A stretch of DNA of 64,000 bases, from the NCBI GenBank assembly GCA_963813815.1, contig CAWFAD010000012.1:1-64000 (forward strand), read 5' to 3'. The notes below the pieces were generated by a model. The model saw nothing but the letters and a program-made list of their open reading frames with translations. It had not been told where the DNA came from and did no database searches. Positions 30,262 to 38,877 of the stretch are shown in pieces (position 1 is the first letter of the stretch; each line of letters opens with the position of its first letter). Origin of the DNA: an uncultured bacterium (GTDB taxonomy: Bacteria > Krumholzibacteriota > Krumholzibacteriia > Krumholzibacteriales > Krumholzibacteriaceae). Position numbers and translations under genes: made by a program.

Positions 30262-30825
30262 CTAGACGGACATGATCTCTTTTTCTTTCGCCGCGAACGC
30301 CTTGTCGAGCTCTTCCGAACGCTTGTCGGTGAGGTCCTGAATCTCTTTCTGCGCGCGGTGCATGATGTCCTCGGAGATCACGTGCTCCTTCTCGAGCTTC
30401 TTCACCTTTTCGATCGTATCGCGACGGACGTTGCGGATCGCGACCTTGGCTTCCTCAACGAGGTGCTTGACGGCCTTGACGAGCTCCCGCCGCCGCTCCT
30501 CGGTGAGGGGCGGAATGGGGATGCGGATAAACACGCCGTCGCTCTGCGGGTTGAGCCCGAGATTCGCCGTCTGAATCGCCTTGACGATCTCGCCGACGAG
30601 CGGCTTCTCCCACGGCTGGACGGTAATGAGCTTCGGATCGGGCACGGCGACGTTCGCGATCTGTTTCAGGGGAACCTTGTTGCCGTAGTAGTCGACCTTG
30701 ATGCCGTCGAGAAGCGCCGGTGAGGCCTTTCCCGTGCGGATCGTGACGAACTCGCCCTCGAGCTTCTGAAACGTCGCCTTCATGTGGCTGTCGGCGGTCT
30801 GAACGAGCGTCTTTACCTGTTCCAT
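30262..30825 (-). CDS. frr: ribosome recycling factor
   Basis: IRTGKASP, VDYYG, LGLNPQSDG, PPLTEERR, IRNVRR. Confidence 0.97.
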   Translation of the reverse strand: MEQVKTLVQTADSHMKATFQKLEGEFVTIRTGKASPALLDGIKVDYYGNKVPLKQIANVAVPDPKLITVQPWEKPLVGEIVKAIQTANLGLNPQSDGVFIRIPIPPLTEERRRELVKAVKHLVEEAKVAIRNVRRDTIEKVKKLEKEHVISEDIMHRAQKEIQDLTDKRSEELDKAFAAKEKEIMSV

Positions 30826-30838
30826 CGTACCAACCTCC

Positions 30839-31552
30839 TCACGCGACTATCGTGCCGAGTCGCTTTCCCTCGAGCACCTTCGTGAGATTGCCCTTCTTGA
30901 GAATGTTGAAGACCACGATCGGAATGCCGTTTTCGCGGCAGAGAGCGACGGCCGTGGCGTCCATGACCCGCAGATCGTCCCGCAGCACGTCGATGTATCC
31001 GAGGCGCGGAATGAGCTTGGCCCGGGGATCGGCGACCGGATCGCTCGTGTAGATCCCGTCGACCTTCGTTCCCTTGAGAAGCGCCTCCGCCTTGATTTCG
31101 ACGGCCCGCAGGGCGGCGGCCGTATCGGTCGTGAAATAGGGATTGCCCGTGCCCCCCGCGAAAATCACGAGCCTCCCGTTTTCGAGATGGTCGAGCGCCC
31201 GCCGCCGGATGTACGGCTCCGCGAACTGCTCCATCGCGATGGCCGTCATGACGTGCGCTTCGATGTCCGCGCGCTCGAGCGCCGACTGGAGCGCCATGGC
31301 GTTGATGATCGTGCCGAGCATCCCCATGCTGTCGGCCGCCACGCGGTCGATCCCCCGCTCGCTCGCCCGGTAGCCGCGCAGGATGTTGCCGCCGCCGATC
31401 ACGACCGCGACCTCGCAGCCCGCCTTGACCGCTTCCTTGAGCTCGGCGGCGAACGCGTCGACGCGATCGAAATCGATGCTCGCGTCGGCGCCGCCGAGCA
31501 CCTCGCCGCTCACCTTGAGCAGGAGCCGCCGGTACTTGAGCTCCCGTTTCAC
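30839..31552 (-). CDS. pyrH: UMP kinase
   Basis: LLKVSGE, GGGNILRG, GTGNPYFTTDTAA, VMDATA; GTG start 31552 behind GGAGG. Confidence 0.96.
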   Translation of the reverse strand: MKRELKYRRLLLKVSGEVLGGADASIDFDRVDAFAAELKEAVKAGCEVAVVIGGGNILRGYRASERGIDRVAADSMGMLGTIINAMALQSALERADIEAHVMTAIAMEQFAEPYIRRRALDHLENGRLVIFAGGTGNPYFTTDTAAALRAVEIKAEALLKGTKVDGIYTSDPVADPRAKLIPRLGYIDVLRDDLRVMDATAVALCRENGIPIVVFNILKKGNLTKVLEGKRLGTIVA

Positions 31553-31610
31553 GAGTCGCCACCTCCCCGCCATCCGGCTCCGCCGCGTCCCGCGAGAGCG
31601 GCCGGATGAC

Positions 31611-31645
31611 AAAAGGGCGCAGGGGATAGCCCCCGCGCCCCTGTT
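31611..31645 (-). terminator. intrinsic terminator after tsf
   Basis: GGGCGCGGGGG-ctat-CCCCTGCGCCC-like hairpin followed by TTTT on the minus strand. Confidence 0.6.
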
Positions 31646-31686
31646 ACCTCAATGACAGCAGTCCCGTCTCCGCCCGCAGCGCTGTC

Positions 31687-32289
31687 TCAGGTCAGTTCCT
31701 CCCCCAGCTGGAAACGGGAGAAACGTCGAACGACCATGTTCTCCCCCAGCTTGGCGATGACCGCCGTGACTATCTGCTCGACCGTTTCATCGTTGTTCTT
31801 GATGAACGGCTGCTCGAGCAGACAGGCCTCATGGTAGTATTTCTCGAGCTTCCCTTCAACTATTTTATCCACGACGTTCGCCGGCTTTCCCGACTGCAGC
31901 GCTTGGTTGCGGTAGATCTCCCGCTCGCGTTCGAGCAGCGCCGCGGGCAGATCCCCGCGCCGCACGACGATCGGCGACGCCGCGGCGATCTGCATGGCGA
32001 TATCCTTGCCGAGCGTCTGAAAATCGGGCGTGCGGGCGACGAAATCCGTTTCGCAGTTGAGCTCGAGCAGGACCCCGATCCTCGCCCCCGGATGTATGTA
32101 CGAGAAAACGCATCCCTGGTTCGCCGTGCGCGACGCCTTCTTCGCGGCTACCGAGAGCCCCTTCTCGCGCAACAGCTTGATGGCCTTCTCCATGTCCCCC
32201 TGCGCGTCCTCGAGGGCGCGCTTGCAATCCATCATGCCGGCGCCCGTCTTCGCGCGAAGGTCGCTCACCTGCTTCGGTGTGATGCTCAT
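31687..32289 (-). CDS. tsf: elongation factor Ts (short, about 200-aa form)
   Basis: LRAKTGAGMMDCK, ELNCETDFVA, LGENMVVRRF. Confidence 0.97.
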   Translation of the reverse strand: MSITPKQVSDLRAKTGAGMMDCKRALEDAQGDMEKAIKLLREKGLSVAAKKASRTANQGCVFSYIHPGARIGVLLELNCETDFVARTPDFQTLGKDIAMQIAAASPIVVRRGDLPAALLEREREIYRNQALQSGKPANVVDKIVEGKLEKYYHEACLLEQPFIKNNDETVEQIVTAVIAKLGENMVVRRFSRFQLGEELT

Positions 32290-32338
32290 CGACTATCCTC
32301 CCGTATGCGTCGTATGTGAAAGCGCCGAAGGTTCGGCG

Positions 32339-33166
32339 CTACGATTGCTTCTCGCCTTCCGCTTCCTCGCCGGGCCTGCGGGGCGGGCGGCGCCGGGCGT
32401 TCGGCCCCCGATCGGAATGATCGTCCTTCGCGGCGGCCGCGTCCGACTGCTTCGCCTTCTCGTCGAGGAAATCCTTGTTCTTGAGGAACCGGGCGCGCCC
32501 CTCGATGACCGCGTCCGCGACGAGGCTCGTGAAGAGCTTGATCGAGCGGATCGCGTCGTCGTTCGCCGGTATGGGGATGTCGACCTCGTCGGGATCGGCG
32601 TTCGTATCGACGAGACCGATGATCGTGAGACCGAGCTTGCGCGCCTCCTTGACCGCGATCTCCTCCTTCTTCGTGTCGATGACGACGAGGCAGGAGGGGA
32701 TCTGCGTCATGCCGCGGATACCCGAGAGCACCTTGAGAAGCTTCGCCTTCTGCTTCTCCATATCGAGCTTTTCCTTCTTGGAGAGCTGGTTGATCCGGCC
32801 GTCGCGCTCCATCGCATCGAGGTTGTCGAGACGATCCATGCTCTGCTTGATGGTGCGGAAATTCGTGAGAATGCCGCCGAGCCATCGCTCGTTGATGTAA
32901 TACATGCCGCAGCGAGAGGCGTCCTCCTGGACGCTCTCCTTGGCCTGCCGTTTCGTGCCGACGAAGATGACGGTCTTGCCCTCGGCCGCCATGGCCTCGA
33001 CCACGGTGGCGGCCTTTTCCATCTGCGTGACCGTTTGGCGGAGATCGATGATGTAGATGCCGTTTTGCTCTTTGTAGATGTAGGGCTTCATTTTCGGATT
33101 CCAGCGCCTCGTCTGGTGCCCGAAATGTGCGCCCGCCTCGAGCATGTCCTTGATGGTGACGTTCAC
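32339..33166 (-). CDS. rpsB: 30S ribosomal protein S2
   Basis: AGAHFGHQTRRWNPKM, FVGTK, RWLGG, PANDDAIRSI. Confidence 0.98.
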   Translation of the reverse strand: MNVTIKDMLEAGAHFGHQTRRWNPKMKPYIYKEQNGIYIIDLRQTVTQMEKAATVVEAMAAEGKTVIFVGTKRQAKESVQEDASRCGMYYINERWLGGILTNFRTIKQSMDRLDNLDAMERDGRINQLSKKEKLDMEKQKAKLLKVLSGIRGMTQIPSCLVVIDTKKEEIAVKEARKLGLTIIGLVDTNADPDEVDIPIPANDDAIRSIKLFTSLVADAVIEGRARFLKNKDFLDEKAKQSDAAAAKDDHSDRGPNARRRPPRRPGEEAEGEKQS

Positions 33167-33262
33167 CGCGTGGCCTCCTTCGGTTGTGCCGCCATCCCCC
33201 TCGAGCGCGCCCCATTCTCATCCGGGGAGAACACCCGGGGCCGGTACGGGGGATGTGTGAAT
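33167..33262 (-). promoter_or_regulatory. rpsB 5' leader (putative S2 autoregulatory RNA)
   Basis: CACACATCCCCC..GGGGGATG long-range pairing and ATGGCGGCACAACC before the SD, resembling known S2 leaders. Confidence 0.55.
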
Positions 33263-33273
33263 TCTTCGCGATC

Positions 33274-33666
33274 CTAGCGCTTCGAGAACTGGAACTTTTT
33301 CCGCCGCCCCGCCTGCCCGTACTTCTTCCGTTCCTTCTCGCGCGGGTCTCTCGTGAGGAACCCTCCCGACTTGAGCACCTTCTTTTGCGTTTCGTCGTGC
33401 ATCATGATCGCGCGCGAGATGCCGAGGCGGAGCGCCCCAGCCTGACCGGCCGTGCCACCGCCGCGCACCGTCGCCTTCACGTCGTACTTGCCGAGCGTAT
33501 TCGTCACGTCGAACGGCTGCCTCACGATAATCGAGAGCGCCTCGCGCTTGAGGTACTCCTCGACCTCGCGGCCGTTCACGAAGAACTTGCCCGTGCCCAC
33601 CGAAAGGTACACGCGCGCGATGGAGGATTTGCGCCTGCCGACCGCATGAAACGTTTCTTTCGCCAC
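33274..33666 (-). CDS. rpsI: 30S ribosomal protein S9
   Basis: GRRKSS, GGGTAGQAGA, LTRDPREKERKK, QFSKR. Confidence 0.98.
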   Translation of the reverse strand: MAKETFHAVGRRKSSIARVYLSVGTGKFFVNGREVEEYLKREALSIIVRQPFDVTNTLGKYDVKATVRGGGTAGQAGALRLGISRAIMMHDETQKKVLKSGGFLTRDPREKERKKYGQAGRRKKFQFSKR

Positions 33667-33729
33667 CTGCTCACCTCCTTTGGCCGTGGTTGTGTCGTCC
33701 GATTCGCGCGAGACCGGCGCCCGCGGGCG

Positions 33730-34161
33730 CTAGAGCTCGAGCGATCGCGGCATCTGCGCCGCGTGCGGATGTTCCGGTCCCGCGTACACCTTGAGCTTCT
33801 TGAGGAGCCGTCTGCCGAGCCGGTTGTGCGGGAGCATTCCCTTGACGGCGTGCTCGATCACGAACTCGGGGCGCTTCGCGAGCGCATCCTTGTACTTCGT
33901 GATCCGCAGCCCGCCCGGATATCCCGTGTACCGCCAGTACGTTTTCATCTCCGGTTTGCGGCCGGAGAGGAAGACATTCGAGGCGTTCACGACGACGACG
34001 AAATCCCCCCCGTCGAGAAACGGCGAGTAGGTCGGTTTCGCCTTGCCGCGGAGCACCTGGGCCACCTTCGATGCGAGCCTGCCGAGCGGCATGCCGCTCG
34101 CGTCGACGATGTACCAATCCCGCTGGATATCCTTCCCTTTGATCGTAAACGTCTTCTGCAT
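33730..34161 (-). CDS. rplM: 50S ribosomal protein L13
   Basis: WYIVDA, LGRLAS, GDFVVVVNA, TGYPGG, AVKGMLP, HPHAAQ. Confidence 0.98.
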   Translation of the reverse strand: MQKTFTIKGKDIQRDWYIVDASGMPLGRLASKVAQVLRGKAKPTYSPFLDGGDFVVVVNASNVFLSGRKPEMKTYWRYTGYPGGLRITKYKDALAKRPEFVIEHAVKGMLPHNRLGRRLLKKLKVYAGPEHPHAAQMPRSLEL

Positions 34162-34205
34162 CACATTCCTCCGAAATGCGATCAAGTGATCCCTGAAAAC
34201 AACCA

Positions 34206-34234
34206 AATATATACGCGGCAAGGAATTATGTCAA
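34206..34234 (-). promoter_or_regulatory. sigma70 promoter of rplM-rpsI
   Basis: TTGACA-N17-TATATT, near consensus. Confidence 0.75.
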
Positions 34235-34309
34235 GCGTCAAACGGCCGGTGGACGGCGCCCCCCGCCGGAGAAGCGTATTCCCGAAGACGGATGCCGCGA
34301 ACGATCAAC

Positions 34310-35419
34310 CTAACCCATTGCAATCAAAGAAATTTGCTTCCTATCGGGGCGGCGGATCACGCCGCGCTCGGTGACGATGGCGCGGATGAGCCGGGCCGGC
34401 GTCACGTCGAAGGCCGGGTTGTACGCCCTCGTTCCGTCGGGAGCGATGCTCACGCCCCGAATCGTCGTCACCTCGGAACCGGAACGCTCCTCGATCGGGA
34501 TATCGCGCCCCGTGGCGGTCCTAAAGTCGAAAGTGGACGCCGGCGCCGCGACGTAGAAAGGCTTCTTGAATTTCTCGCACAGAACGGCGAGCCCGAGGGT
34601 TCCGACTTTGTTCGCCGTGTCGCCGTTCGCCGCGATGCGGTCGGCGCCCACGATGACCGCGTCGACCTTCCCCGCCGCCAGCAGGGACGCCGCGGCGCCG
34701 TCGCAGAGAAGCGTGTGCGGGATGCGCCGCCGGTCGAGCTCCCACGCGGTGAGGCGCGCGCCCTGGAGCAGGGGCCGCGTTTCGTCGACGTACACGTGAA
34801 AACGCTTCCCCCTCTCCCACGCCTCGTAGAGGACACCGAGCGCCGTGCCGTAACCGGCCGTCGCGAGCCCTCCGGCGTTGCAATGCGTGAGCACGTTCAT
34901 GCCCTCGCGGACGAGACGGGCGCCGTTCCGCCCGATCGCCCGCTCGATCTCGAGCTCCTCGTAATGGATCCAGAAGGCCTCCGCCGCCACCGAGCAGCAT
35001 ATCTCGAAGGGATCCCGTCCGCCGTGCCTCGCCGCGCGCATGACGCGGTCGAGCGCCTGGAAGAGATTCGCCGCCGTCGGTCGCGTCGACGCGATCCGCT
35101 TTCGCGCGGCGTCGAGCACGCTCCGCAGGAGACGGGGATCGAGCCCCTCGTCGGAGAAGGGCGTCACGAACGAGGCGCGGTCAAAGAAATACGCCGGAGC
35201 CCTCTCGACGCGCGCGCGCAGGTGCTCCTCGACGGCCAGCAGCAGGCCGTACGCCGCGGCGATTCCGATCGCGGGGGCGCCTCTCACGCGGAGCGACCTG
35301 ATCGCCTCCTCGAGATCCTCGGGCGCGCGGAGACGGAGCGTTCGCGTCTTCCCCGGCAGGAGCGTCTGGTCGAGGATCTCGACGGCGCCCCTGCGATAAT
35401 CGATCGTCGGGAATATCAT
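34310..35419 (-). CDS. mtnA: S-methyl-5-thioribose-1-phosphate isomerase
   Basis: LDQTLLP, VRGAPAIG, TRPTAANL, LTHCNAG, DETRPLLQGARLT, GADRIAANGD, NPAFDVTP. Confidence 0.95.
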   Translation of the reverse strand: MIFPTIDYRRGAVEILDQTLLPGKTRTLRLRAPEDLEEAIRSLRVRGAPAIGIAAAYGLLLAVEEHLRARVERAPAYFFDRASFVTPFSDEGLDPRLLRSVLDAARKRIASTRPTAANLFQALDRVMRAARHGGRDPFEICCSVAAEAFWIHYEELEIERAIGRNGARLVREGMNVLTHCNAGGLATAGYGTALGVLYEAWERGKRFHVYVDETRPLLQGARLTAWELDRRRIPHTLLCDGAAASLLAAGKVDAVIVGADRIAANGDTANKVGTLGLAVLCEKFKKPFYVAAPASTFDFRTATGRDIPIEERSGSEVTTIRGVSIAPDGTRAYNPAFDVTPARLIRAIVTERGVIRRPDRKQISLIAMG

Positions 35420-36015
35420 GCGGTGCTCCTTTCGAGCTCCGAAAACAGCCTAAAGAGGAGCGAAACGGGGAGACCGACGACGTTGAAATAGCATCCCTCG
35501 ATCCTCTCGATGAACGGCGCCGCGTGTCCCTGAATCGCGTACGCCCCGGCCTTGCCGAAGGGCTCGCCCGTCGCGACGTACCGCGCGATATCCGCCGGGG
35601 ACAGCTCGCGGACGAAGACCCTCGTTCGCTCGCCGGCCGCGAGGACGGGGGCCGATTCGCCGAGCACGGCGATCCCCGTGATCACCTCGTGCATCCTCCC
35701 CGAGAGGAGCCCGAGCATCGCGGAGGCGTCCTCCGCTCCGGCCGGCTTGCCGAGCCTGCGCCCCGCGCACGCGACGATCGTATCGGCGGCGATGATCACC
35801 CCGCCGGGCCTGAGGGCCCGCGCCGCCGCGGCCTTCCGCTCGGCGACCGCCACGGCGAAACGCAGATCGTCCGCGCATTCGACGCCGTTTTCCTCGATCC
35901 CCGTCGCGAGCGTCTCGAACTCGAAACCGAGGCGCTCCAGTATCTCGCGCCGCCGCGGCGAGGCGCTCGCGAGAACGAGGCCGCGCTGGAGACTCGCGGG
36001 CACGAATGGATTCAT
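35416..36015 (-). CDS. maf: Maf-family nucleoside triphosphate pyrophosphatase
   Basis: LASASPRR, AADT, GKAGAYAIQG, NVVGLP. Confidence 0.93.
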   Translation of the reverse strand: MNPFVPASLQRGLVLASASPRRREILERLGFEFETLATGIEENGVECADDLRFAVAVAERKAAAARALRPGGVIIAADTIVACAGRRLGKPAGAEDASAMLGLLSGRMHEVITGIAVLGESAPVLAAGERTRVFVRELSPADIARYVATGEPFGKAGAYAIQGHAAPFIERIEGCYFNVVGLPVSLLFRLFSELERSTA

Positions 36016-36482
36016 CGGGGTGTCTCCCCCCTCCCCGCCTCGCCGCCGCGGTCGATGACGAGCGTCACGGGGCCGTCGTTCACGATTCGTACGGCCATCT
36101 TCGCCCCGAAGATCCCTTCCGACACCTTCGGGTAGTATCCGCTCAGCAGGTCGAGAAAGCTCCGGTAGAGCCGCATCGCTTCTTCGGCCGGGGCGCTCCC
36201 GAGAAAATCGGGCCTCCGCCCCCGGCGGCAGTCGCCGTAGAGGGTGAACTGCGAGACGACGAGCACCGCTCCCTCCGTTTCGAGGACGGAGCGGTTCATC
36301 TTGCCCTCGCCGTCATCGAAGATCCTGAGCTCGAGACATTTGCGCGCCATCCAGTCGAGATCGGCGCCCGTGTCGGAGCTCCCGAAAGCGGCGAGCACGA
36401 GGATGCCGGGGCCGATCGAGGATACGACCTTTCCGTCGACCTCGACGCTCGCCTCCCGGACGCGCTGGACGACGACGCGCAT
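36012..36482 (-). CDS. dtd: D-aminoacyl-tRNA deacylase
   Basis: MRVVVQRV, LRIF, VSQFTL, NDGPVT. Confidence 0.95.
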   Translation of the reverse strand: MRVVVQRVREASVEVDGKVVSSIGPGILVLAAFGSSDTGADLDWMARKCLELRIFDDGEGKMNRSVLETEGAVLVVSQFTLYGDCRRGRRPDFLGSAPAEEAMRLYRSFLDLLSGYYPKVSEGIFGAKMAVRIVNDGPVTLVIDRGGEAGRGETPR

Positions 36483-36487
36483 GGCAA

Positions 36488-38233
36488 TCACGCCGCCCCG
36501 GCCGGGGCGGCGTCCGCGCCGGGGCCGGGCGCCGTCTCGGAGAGCCGCATCTCGTCGATCTGGAGCTGCGCCTCCGTTTTCCCCTGATACGTGTTCTTGC
36601 GCACGTGCACGAGGGCATCGACCGTTTTTCCAGCGATCTCCCCGGGCTTCCACGCCGCCGCGATCGAAAAGCCTATGAGATCCCTCGTCTCGCCCTCGCG
36701 GTCGGCGGCCTCGAGCTTGAGATGGCCGTCCCCGACGACCCTCGTGCGGTCGAGCACGCGCAGCCCGCGAAGCATGAGCACCGGCTCGGGATTTCCCATG
36801 CCGAAGGGGCCGAGGCGCTCGATGAACGATTGGAGCTCGAGCGTGCAATCTCCGAGGGCCGCCTCCGCGTCGGCGTGCAGGACGCACTGCTCCGCGGGGC
36901 ACGCCATGAGCTCGCCCACGACCTCCTCGAACATCCTTTGAAAATCGGGAATGTCCTGCTCGCGGATGCTGAATCCACCCGCCTCCTTGTGCCCGCCGTG
37001 ATCGACGAGGTATCGCCCGCAACGCTCGAGGGCCGCCTTGACGTTGACCTTGCCCGCCGAACGCGCCGATCCTTTTCCCATGCCGTCGCGGACGGCGATA
37101 AGCACGGCGGGCATATCGTACCGCTCGGCGAGGCGCGAGGCGGCGATGCCGACGACCCCCTCGTGCCAGTGCGAGCCGGAGAACACGAGCGCCTTCGGCT
37201 CGTGGTGCCAGACGCGATACTCGGCGTATTTGATGGCGTCGTTGATGACGCCTTCTCCGAGCCCCTTTCGCTGCTCGTTCTCCGCGTTGATCCGGCCGGC
37301 GATCCGCTCCGCCTCGCCCTCGTCCTTGCTGATGAGCAGATCCACGGCCGAGCGCGCGCTTCCGATGCGGCCCGGCGAGTTGAGCCGCGGAATGATAGTG
37401 AAGCTCACCTGCCGCGCCGAAAAATTCTTCGCCGCAAGCCCGCTCTCGCGGCGGAGCGCCGCGAGCCCCGGCCGGCGCCACTCCCGGAGCGCCGCGAGCC
37501 CCCGCGTCACGAGCACGCGGTTCTCGCCGTACATGGCGCCGCTGTCGCCGAGCGTCCCGAGGGCCACGAGGTCGAGATGGTCGCCGAGCGAAAGATCGAC
37601 GCCCATGACGCGCTCGAGCCCCTGCAGGAGCTTGAAGGCGACTCCCGTGCCGGTGAGCTCCTTGAAGGGATACCGCTCGCCGGGGAGCTTCGGGTTGACG
37701 AAGGCGTGCGCCTCGGGAACACGGGTCCGCGTTTCGTGATGGTCGGTGACCAGCACCTTGACCCCGCGCTCGGCGAGCCCCGCGATGACCTCGCGATCGC
37801 TCGATCCGCAGTCGACCGACACCACGAGCCCGAGGCCGATTTCGAAACCGCGGTCCATGACGCGCCGGGCGAGGCCGTAGCCGTCCTTGGCGCGATCGGG
37901 CACGAAGAAATGCACGTTCGCCCCGAGCCGCGAGAGGGCCTCGTGGAGCAGGGCCGTGCCGCAGACGCCGTCCGCGTCGTAATCGCCGTGAACGAGGATC
38001 GGCGTCTTGTCCGCGATCGCGTCCCGGAGCAGACGCGCGGCGGGCTCCATCTCGTTGAAGAGAAAGGGATCGTGCAGGTGTTCGAGGGACGGGTTCAGGA
38101 AGCGATGGGCTTCATCGGCGCCCCCCACTCCGCGCGCGGCCAGCAGCCGCGCCTCGAGAGGACGCAGCGCGAGAGCGAGCTCGAGCTCGCACAGGACTCG
38201 CTCATCGACCGGCCGCAGACGCCAGATGTCCAT
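36488..38233 (-). CDS. recJ: single-stranded DNA exonuclease RecJ
   Basis: HGDYDADG, VDCG, TDHH, PRLNSPGR, GSARS, GGHKEAGG. Confidence 0.95.
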   Translation of the reverse strand: MDIWRLRPVDERVLCELELALALRPLEARLLAARGVGGADEAHRFLNPSLEHLHDPFLFNEMEPAARLLRDAIADKTPILVHGDYDADGVCGTALLHEALSRLGANVHFFVPDRAKDGYGLARRVMDRGFEIGLGLVVSVDCGSSDREVIAGLAERGVKVLVTDHHETRTRVPEAHAFVNPKLPGERYPFKELTGTGVAFKLLQGLERVMGVDLSLGDHLDLVALGTLGDSGAMYGENRVLVTRGLAALREWRRPGLAALRRESGLAAKNFSARQVSFTIIPRLNSPGRIGSARSAVDLLISKDEGEAERIAGRINAENEQRKGLGEGVINDAIKYAEYRVWHHEPKALVFSGSHWHEGVVGIAASRLAERYDMPAVLIAVRDGMGKGSARSAGKVNVKAALERCGRYLVDHGGHKEAGGFSIREQDIPDFQRMFEEVVGELMACPAEQCVLHADAEAALGDCTLELQSFIERLGPFGMGNPEPVLMLRGLRVLDRTRVVGDGHLKLEAADREGETRDLIGFSIAAAWKPGEIAGKTVDALVHVRKNTYQGKTEAQLQIDEMRLSETAPGPGADAAPAGAA

Positions 38234-38291
38234 AGAATCTCCGTGGAATACCGCTGTTCGCCATGATCCCGGCGGGGTCCGGACGGCGAAG

Positions 38292-38656
38292 GGCGGCGGA
38301 GCAGACTTGTAAGCCGGGTTCTGTTCCTTTCCATGACGGGCGGTGATCATTCATCTGGGACTGCCGTTACCGGCAGCCTCAAGCGACCAACCCGGAGGAA
38401 CGGGCGGGCCGCCTCTCCTCTCCTATTTGGTCTTGCTCCGGGTGGGGTTTACCTTGCATCCGCCGTCACCGCCGGCCCGGTGAGCTCTTACCTCACCTTT
38501 TCACCCTTACCTGCCGCGAACGGAGGCGGTATCTTTTCTGTGGCACTTTCCCTGGGGTCACCCCCGCTGGACGTTATCCAGCACCCTGCCCTGTGGAGCC
38601 CGGACTTTCCTCGTGCGTCGCGAGGACGCCGCGATCACCCCGTCTGCTCCGCCGCC
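38292..38656 (-). ncRNA. rnpB: RNase P RNA (type A)
   Basis: GAGGAAAGTCCGGGCTCC, GGAAAGTGCCACAGAAA, GGTAAACCCCACCCGGAGCAAG, ACAGAACCCGGCTTA; terminal P1 helix 38292-38306 pairs with 38642-38656. Confidence 0.97.
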
Positions 38657-38687
38657 GTCCGCCGATACCGGACGCCGGCGCGGCTGG

Positions 38688-38716
38688 AATATAGCACCGG
38701 CGCGGGGCGAGGTAAA
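38688..38716 (-). promoter_or_regulatory. promoter of rnpB
   Basis: TTTACC-N17-TATATT with TGn extension. Confidence 0.6.
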
Positions 38717-38877
38717 GAAAAGACGCCGCCCACCCTCTCGCGCCATGAGACCGAGCTCGACGAGATCGCGGCGAAGGCGCGCCGCGGCGCGGGATGATGA
38801 ATCCTTGACACCGCCCCGCATTTGCCGTAATCAATGTGGACGTGCGATTTCGTTCCGCGCGAGATCGAAGGAGAATC

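Noticed and set aside
31687..32289. Short EF-Ts as a possible truncation
   Set aside because: The roughly 200-aa form is a known functional variant (for example Thermus and cyanobacteria) and both termini are intact
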